From Candidatus Eiseniibacteriota bacterium (lineage in GTDB: Bacteria; Joyebacterota; Joyebacteria; Joyebacterales; Joyebacteraceae), in assembly GCA_043819135.1 (NCBI GenBank), contig JBDRFG010000075.1, positions 1 through 26,870 of the forward strand: a DNA stretch of 26,870 nt, in the 5' to 3' direction. Both the position numbers and the translations under genes were made by a program. The notes under the pieces are model-generated. The model worked only from the letters and a program-made list of their open reading frames with translations. It was not told the origin of the DNA and searched no databases. Each line of letters opens with the position of its first letter. Position 1 is the stretch's first letter. Below, in pieces: positions 26,334-26,870 of this stretch.

Positions 26334-26374
26334 GACGACCACCCGTCCCCCCGAAGGGACCTCGGCTGCACGAG

Positions 26375-26446
26375 TTCAAGATGTGTTGATTACGCTTGAA
26401 TTCTAGCGACATGCCGCCGCCGTCGTCAAGCGTAAACGCCTGAATT
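26375..26446. promoter_or_regulatory. Candidate repressor operators overlapping the promoter
   Basis: Imperfect palindrome TCAAGCGT-AA-ACGCCTGA (26426-26443) over the -35. Minus-strand ATCAA-N6-TTGAA (26390-26375) just past the predicted start site. Direct repeat GAATTCA(G/A)GCGT occurs twice. Confidence 0.5.
26400..26429 (-). promoter_or_regulatory. Sigma70-type promoter for the CxxC / 4Fe-4S / cobB genes
   Basis: Minus strand TTGACG (26429-26424), 18-nt spacer, TAGAAT (26405-26400). Each hexamer matches consensus 5/6 in a GC-rich background. Confidence 0.7.
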
Positions 26447-26536
26447 CCCCGTCGGTTAACCGCCCTCGGCGCCGTCCGATCCGTCGTTCGTGAACCGCCC
26501 TGCGGCCGCGCGGCGTGATGGTCGGAACCTCCGAGC

Positions 26537-26870
26537 CTACGTGATTCCCCTGATGCGGGCCTTGAGAACCGCGTGGGCGGCCGCAAGACGGGCGACGGGA
26601 ACGCGATAGGGCGAGCAGCTGACGTAGTCCAGGCCCACCTGATGGAAGAAGTAGATGGACTCCGGGTCGCCGCCATGCTCGCCGCAGACGCCGAGATGGA
26701 GATCGGGATTGACCAGCCTGCCCTTGTCGACGGCCATCTTGACGAGCGCGCCCACTCCGCGCTTGTCGAGCGACTGGAAGGGGTCCTTCCTGAGGATACC
26801 CCTCTTGAGGTAGTCCTTGATGTACGAACCGGCGTCGTCGCGGCTGAATCCGTAGGCCATCTGGGTCAGG
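26537..26870 (-). CDS. ppdK: Pyruvate phosphate dikinase, C-terminal fragment (5' part outside the window)
   Basis: [35 protein letters not shown] and [22 protein letters not shown] form the canonical PPDK C-terminus with the catalytic Cys. Confidence 0.97.
   Translation of the reverse strand, partial: LTQMAYGFSRDDAGSYIKDYLKRGILRKDPFQSLDKRGVGALVKMAVDKGRLVNPDLHLGVCGEHGGDPESIYFFHQVGLDYVSCSPYRVPVARLAAAHAVLKARIRGIT

Overview
High-GC bacterial window with 18 protein-coding genes, all on the minus strand. No rRNA, tRNA, CRISPR array or mobile element was recognised. In transcription order (right to left): the 3' end of ppdK; a sigma70 promoter driving a small CxxC membrane protein, a membrane 4Fe-4S protein and the sirtuin cobB; then a ~17.5 kb alpha-glucan (glycogen/starch) locus. 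That locus encodes a 1778-aa secreted multi-DOMON/Ig protein with a T9SS-like C-terminal domain, a PorV/FadL-like barrel, two mutually homologous unnamed outer-membrane barrels (one with an N-terminal CBM48), a double-CBM48 lipoprotein, MalF/MalG/MalE-like ABC components without an ATPase, a stand-alone glucodextranase DOMON protein and a cytoplasmic debranching enzyme. Next come a VWA membrane protein and a second module with the same layout: a lamin-tail-domain protein with the same C-terminal domain, a small barrel, and a ComEA-like helix-hairpin-helix barrel protein that is absent from the ORF track and runs off the left edge. The most interesting signal is this layout occurring twice (C-terminal-domain cargo, adjacent carrier barrel, barrel with an N-terminal ligand-binding domain). 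It suggests a SusCD/TonB-independent polymer capture system, once for alpha-glucan and once possibly for DNA. The organism is probably a diderm of the FCB group (inference only). All family calls come from reading motifs by eye, not from database searches.
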